A stretch of 64,000 nt of DNA from an uncultured Chloroflexia bacterium. GTDB taxonomy: Bacteria; Chloroflexota; Limnocylindria; Limnocylindrales; CSP1-4. Location: the NCBI GenBank assembly GCA_963703155.1, contig OY969796.1, positions 3,175,652 to 3,239,651 on the forward strand, written 5' to 3'. Shown here piece by piece: positions 60,334-64,000 of the stretch. The notes under the pieces were generated by a model. The model had not been told where the DNA came from and did not search any database. It saw only the letters and a list, made by a program, of their open reading frames with translations. The position numbers were made by a program, and so were the translations under genes. The stretch's first letter is position 1. Every line of letters begins with the position of its first letter.

Positions 60334-61281
60334 ATGGCACAAGCGTCCTCGCTGATGTTCATCCTCGGCGCGATCGTCACGGCGGTCGCGCTCGGCCTGC
60401 ACGTTGGGCACGCCGTCCTGCTCGCGAACGGCCGGCGGATCGCCACGGCCTTCGCGCCGTCGCCGTCGCGCCAGCCCACGCTCGCGGCGGCCGGCGTCAC
60501 GGGCTCCTTCGTGACGGCGCGCGCCTCGCGCGATTCGGGTGGCCTGTCCATCTCCGCCTCGGCCACCGGGCTGTCGCGGGCTGCGACGCTCACGGCCGCG
60601 GTCGCCTTCGCGCTCCTGCTCGGGTCGCTCGTGGCGCGCGCGGTCGTTGTGGGGCGTGGTCCGTACGGCAACCTGTACGAGTTCAGCGAGGCCTTCGGGA
60701 CCACGATCCTGGGCGGCTACCTGTTCCTCGCGCAGCGCTACTCGATCCGCCAGATCGGCTTCATTCCGGTGGGCGTCGCGCTGGCCGTGCTGCTGTACGC
60801 GTCGTCACTGCCCGGCGACGTCTCGCCCCTGGTTCCGGCGCTGCAGAACGCCCCCCTCCTGACCATCCATGTCGGGATGGCGGTGCTCTCGTACGGGATC
60901 TTCGCGACCGCGTTCGCCGCAGGTGTCGGCTACCTCGTCCAGGGCACGGGGGACCGGTTCTCGTGGCTGCCGTCGCACCGGACGCTCGACGAGGTCGCCT
61001 ACCGGTCCGTGATCATTGCGTTCCCGATCTTCGCGACGATGATCGTGCTGGGCTCGTGGTGGGCGTCGATCGCCTGGTCCGCCTACTGGAGCTGGGACCC
61101 GAAGGAGACCTCGGCGCTCGTGACGTGGCTCACCTACGCGATCTACCTGCACGCGCGCAACCAGCGTCGCTGGGCCGGGCGACCGGCCGCGCTGCTGCTG
61201 GTGGTGGGCTTCGGGATGGTGCTGGTCACCTACTCCGGTTCGCTCTGGTTCACCGGGCTCCACTCGTACAGCGGGCTGTAA
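60334..61281 (+). CDS. ccsA: cytochrome c-type biogenesis protein CcsA/ResC (heme handling, WWD domain)
   Basis: Polytopic; WWD motif WSAYWSWDPKETSALVTWL. Confidence 0.7.
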   Translation: MAQASSLMFILGAIVTAVALGLHVGHAVLLANGRRIATAFAPSPSRQPTLAAAGVTGSFVTARASRDSGGLSISASATGLSRAATLTAAVAFALLLGSLVARAVVVGRGPYGNLYEFSEAFGTTILGGYLFLAQRYSIRQIGFIPVGVALAVLLYASSLPGDVSPLVPALQNAPLLTIHVGMAVLSYGIFATAFAAGVGYLVQGTGDRFSWLPSHRTLDEVAYRSVIIAFPIFATMIVLGSWWASIAWSAYWSWDPKETSALVTWLTYAIYLHARNQRRWAGRPAALLLVVGFGMVLVTYSGSLWFTGLHSYSGL

Positions 61282-61342
61282 GGCGCGCCCACGGCGTCAA
61301 CCCCAATCCTGTCCGCTCCACCGCGGCCCCACTCGCGCCGGC

Positions 61343-61387
61343 GCTCCTCCCCCGCGCGGCCCGTGCTCCTCCCCCGCGCGGCCCCGT
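61343..61387. repeat. tandem 22/23-bp direct repeat GCTCCTCCCCCGCGCGGCCC(C)GT x2
   Basis: Two adjacent near-identical units in the 430-bp noncoding region after ccsA. Confidence 0.5.
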
Positions 61388-61709
61388 GCTTCATCGCCAT
61401 GGCCGGCTGCACTTCCCAGCCGCCGCGACTCGCGCTTTCGACCGCGCCAGACACGCGGCAAGCGAGTGCTGGGCGACTCCCATGTCTCATGCACTCGACT
61501 GCCGAGTGTCTGGGGCTCGTGGAGAGCCATGTACTCGCCGTGCGCGTACATGGCAATCCGGCTCCGTCCAACACTCGCGGCGCGCGTGACTGGGGCGGGC
61601 CGAGGCGGCGAGGTCGAGGGCGGCCTGGCCGCGGCGCCGCCGTAGGGCGGGAGAGGTGCCACGTGTCGTGCCAAAGCGGGCGGTAAGTGGCTCGCGGCAG
61701 AATCCGGCG

Positions 61710-62440
61710 ATGACCGACAAGGAGATCGGGCGGGCGATCCGCGCTGTGCGGGTCAAGAAGCGTCTGCGCCAGGTCGACGTCGCGCATGCGGCCAAGATCT
61801 CCCAGCAAACGGTCTCACGCATCGAGCGCGGCGTGCTCGGAGAGGTGAGCCTCGCTGATCATCCGGCGCGTCGCCGACGCTCTCGACGCGCGGCTGGTCC
61901 TCGGCCTCGACCTGGCAGGCAGCCGACCTCGATCGCCTCCTCGGCGCGCGACACTCGGGCATGCACGAGGTGCTCGCCGGCATCTTCTCCGGCCTGCCCG
62001 AGTGGGTCTCACTCCCCGAGGTCAGCTTCTCGATCTACGGCGAGCGCGGGATCATCGACATCCTGGCCTGGCACGCACCAACGCGGAGCCTGCTGGTGAT
62101 CGAGCTCAAGACGGAGCTCGCGGACATCCAAGAGACGCTCGGGACGCTCGACCGCAAGGTGAGACTGGCGCGGGCCATCGCGAAGGATCGCGGCTGGGAC
62201 GCCAAGACCGTGAGCGCGTGGCTCGTGGTCGCGGACGGATCGACCAATCGGAGGCGCGTCGCGGCGCACAGCGCCACGTTTCGGGCGGCACTCCCCGACG
62301 ACGGGCCGGCGGTTCGCGCGTGGCTTCGGCAGCCTGCCGCGCAGGTCCGCGCGCTGAGCTTCCTCGCGGCATCCGGCGCGAGGCATTCGTTTGCCCAGAC
62401 GCATCGGGTCGCCATCCGGAGGTCGAGCGGCCCTGCCTGA
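61710..62440 (+). pseudogene. XRE-family HTH joined to PD-(D/E)xK nuclease-like domain, disrupted by two +1 frame changes (HTH 61710 to about 61850; helix 4-5 segment in next frame; nuclease-like domain ORF 61961..62440)
   Basis: HTH QVDVAHAAKISQQTVSRIERG in frame 0; HTH completion LIIRRVADALDARLVLGLDL in frame +1; ORF starting MHEVLAG...IIDILAW...VIELK (D, ExK motifs) in frame +2; total length 3n+2. Confidence 0.4.
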
Positions 62441-62616
62441 GTCGCCGGCGCGTGTCCGTTTTCGCACGCCCGTTCGATTCGCTATCGTGGACAAGTGCGT
62501 GGACAACCCCGACGAGCGCGTGGAAACGCTGCGCGCGGAACGTGGACGAACGGGTCCGGAGTGTGGACGGACGAGCCGGGACCGTGGACGGGCGCAGGAG
62601 ACGCTCGAACCACGAT

Positions 62617-62667
62617 TTCCCCACATCTTGCGATTGGTGCACCCATCGGACCACAACATCTTGTGGT
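62617..62667. promoter_or_regulatory. two NrdR-box-like palindromes (cCACATCTTGcG and aCCACAACATCTTGTGGt) spaced about 32 bp apart
   Basis: Second box is a near-perfect 16-18 bp palindrome matching the CACa..ATaT..TGTG NrdR-box pattern; about 320 bp upstream of nrdJ. Confidence 0.55.
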
Positions 62668-62674
62668 TTTGGGC

Positions 62675-62703
62675 TTGACCTCCATCCCTCCTGCGCGTAG
62701 ATT
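62675..62703 (+). promoter_or_regulatory. putative sigma70-type promoter for nrdJ (-35 TTGACC, 17-bp spacer, -10 TAGATT)
   Basis: Consensus-like hexamers immediately downstream of the NrdR boxes; leaves an about 280-nt leader. Confidence 0.5.
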
Positions 62704-62983
62704 CACCAAGTCGCCCTGACGCCGGACGACCTTCGAAGGGCCCCGTCGGGAGGTCGGCAACAGCCGCTGGACGGACCCGGAGACCCCCCGGCGCCGACGA
62801 CCCGACGGAAGCCCTCGCAGCTACGCGCCACCCCCATCCGTGGACCGCGAGGACGCCACCGCTCGGAGCCCGCTCCACGCAGAGTGCGTCCCGGCCGGCA
62901 CCCGGGCTTCTGCGCCCGGGACCCGAGAGGACCATCGGCCAGGGAGGTCCCGCGCCCCTGCGGGAACGGAGGAGACGGAAGAG

Positions 62984-64000
62984 ATGGCGCAGGCTCGAGA
63001 GGTTGTCCCGGTCATGGATCCCAAGGTCACATCCAAGCGGTCGAAGCACGCTGTCGCGGGGGCGGCGGCGACCCGGAGCGGGCTCGGGGGCCCCTACGGC
63101 GCCAGCTTCACCGGCGAGGGCACGCGCGGGCTCACCTTCGAGCGCCGCTGGACGCGGCCGGGCGTCCACCCGTACGACGAGATCAGCTGGGAGTACCGGA
63201 CCGCGGGCATCAGCTCCGAGAGCGGCAAGACCGTCTTCGAGCAGAAGGACGTCGAGGTCCCGACGTTCTGGAGCCAGCTCGCCACCAACGTCGTGGTCAG
63301 CAAGTACTTCCGCGGCCACGTCGGCACGCCCGAGCGGGAGCACAGCGTCAGGCAGCTGATCGACCGCGTCGTCACCACCATCGCCGCGTGGGCGGAGACC
63401 AACCGCTACTTCGCCACCGACGAGGACCTCGCCGCGTTCCAGGCCGAGCTGACCCACCTCCTGGTCCACCAGAAGATGAGCTTCAACTCGCCGGTCTGGT
63501 TCAACGTGGGCATCGAGGCGAAGCCGCAGTGCTCGGCGTGCTTCATCAACTCGGTCCAGGACAACATGAGCAGCATCATGGACCTCGCCAAGACCGAGGC
63601 CATGCTGTTCAAGTACGGCTCGGGCGCGGGCGTCAACCTGTCGGCCATCCGCAGCTCCAAGGCCAAGATGTCGGGCGGCGGCATCGCCAGCGGCCCCGTC
63701 AGCTTCATGCGCGGCTACGACGCGTTCGCCGGGGTCATCAAGTCGGGCGGCAAGACCCGCCGCGCGGCCAAGATGGTCATCCTCGACGTCGACCACCCCG
63801 ACGTCATGGACTTCATCGAGTCCAAGGCCAAGGAGGAGCAGAAGGCCTGGGCCCTGATCGAGCAGGGCTACGACCCCAGCTTCACCGGCGAGGCCTACGG
63901 CAGCGTCTTCTTCCAGAACGCCAACCACAGCGTTCGCGTGACCGACGAGTTCATGCGCGCCGTCGAGCGCGACGCCGAGTGGCAGACCCACGAGGTCACC
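62984..64000 (+). CDS. nrdJ: adenosylcobalamin-dependent ribonucleoside-diphosphate reductase (class II), 3' end outside window
   Basis: RBS GGAGA; class II RNR N-terminal region (VVSKYFRGHVGTPEREHSVRQLIDRV..., NSPVWFN, CSACFI); ORF open to window end. Confidence 0.8.
   Translation, partial: MAQAREVVPVMDPKVTSKRSKHAVAGAAATRSGLGGPYGASFTGEGTRGLTFERRWTRPGVHPYDEISWEYRTAGISSESGKTVFEQKDVEVPTFWSQLATNVVVSKYFRGHVGTPEREHSVRQLIDRVVTTIAAWAETNRYFATDEDLAAFQAELTHLLVHQKMSFNSPVWFNVGIEAKPQCSACFINSVQDNMSSIMDLAKTEAMLFKYGSGAGVNLSAIRSSKAKMSGGGIASGPVSFMRGYDAFAGVIKSGGKTRRAAKMVILDVDHPDVMDFIESKAKEEQKAWALIEQGYDPSFTGEAYGSVFFQNANHSVRVTDEFMRAVERDAEWQTHEVT

Noticed and set aside
62700-62984. Cobalamin riboswitch in the nrdJ leader
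   Set aside because: No B12-box (GCCACTG) or the paired GGGAA/GGTG core elements found by eye; a covariance-model scan would be needed to exclude it fully.
62009-63991. 660-aa minus-strand ORF
   Set aside because: Antisense to nrdJ and the disrupted XRE/nuclease gene; no recognisable domain.

Overview
This is a 64-kb, roughly 72% GC window, probably from an actinobacterial-like genome. The two-domain MshD-like GNAT, the standalone MsiK-like ABC ATPase and the TIGR03083/DinB-like protein point that way. Coding is dense, with many 4-bp GTGA/ATGA stop-start overlaps, and there are no rRNA or tRNA genes and no CRISPR arrays.

Content in order:
1. A protocatechuate/4-hydroxybenzoate island: a pcaB fragment, pcaD, pcaC, pobA, a lone pcaH-like dioxygenase and an IclR regulator.
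2. A large YdiJ-like FAD/FeS/CCG oxidoreductase, signal peptidase I and a pirin.
3. A frameshifted prolyl oligopeptidase, an ArsR-MFS pair and a frameshifted phosphoglucomutase.
4. A standalone sugar-ABC ATPase, a NUDIX hydrolase, an MshD-like GNAT, a TPR protein and a nicotinate phosphoribosyltransferase (NAPRTase).
5. An operon of a YbjN-like protein followed by two paralogous membrane-anchored HEXXH..E metallopeptidases; then glgC and an M23 peptidase.
6. Between about 30.3 and 52.3 kb, a quaternary-amine catabolic island, which is the most notable feature:
- proVWX betaine transporter with a fused double permease;
- an IclR-regulated corrinoid methyltransferase module: non-pyrrolysine MttB-family methyltransferase, 2Fe-2S/ASKHA corrinoid reductive activator, pterin-binding MtgA-like methyltransferase, DUF1638, a small accessory protein and a B12-binding corrinoid protein;
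- a GntR regulator with a clear operator, dimethylglycine dehydrogenase with etfBA, and betA-betB with a DsbA-like gene.
Together this predicts a choline -> glycine betaine -> dimethylglycine -> sarcosine route in which the betaine demethylation step is cobalamin/THF-dependent.
7. Prepilin peptidase, a frameshifted pepA, adenosine deaminase, a HAD phosphatase, a NYN protein, ccsA, and a disrupted XRE-HTH/PD-(D/E)xK gene.
8. The 5' part of B12-dependent nrdJ, preceded by NrdR boxes and a promoter.

Also notable:
- A dispersed family of GC-rich palindromic elements (TATCNCC-CCGGG-GGNGATA) in at least five intergenic regions.
- Four conserved genes carry single-base frame disruptions. This points either to assembly indels or to real gene decay.
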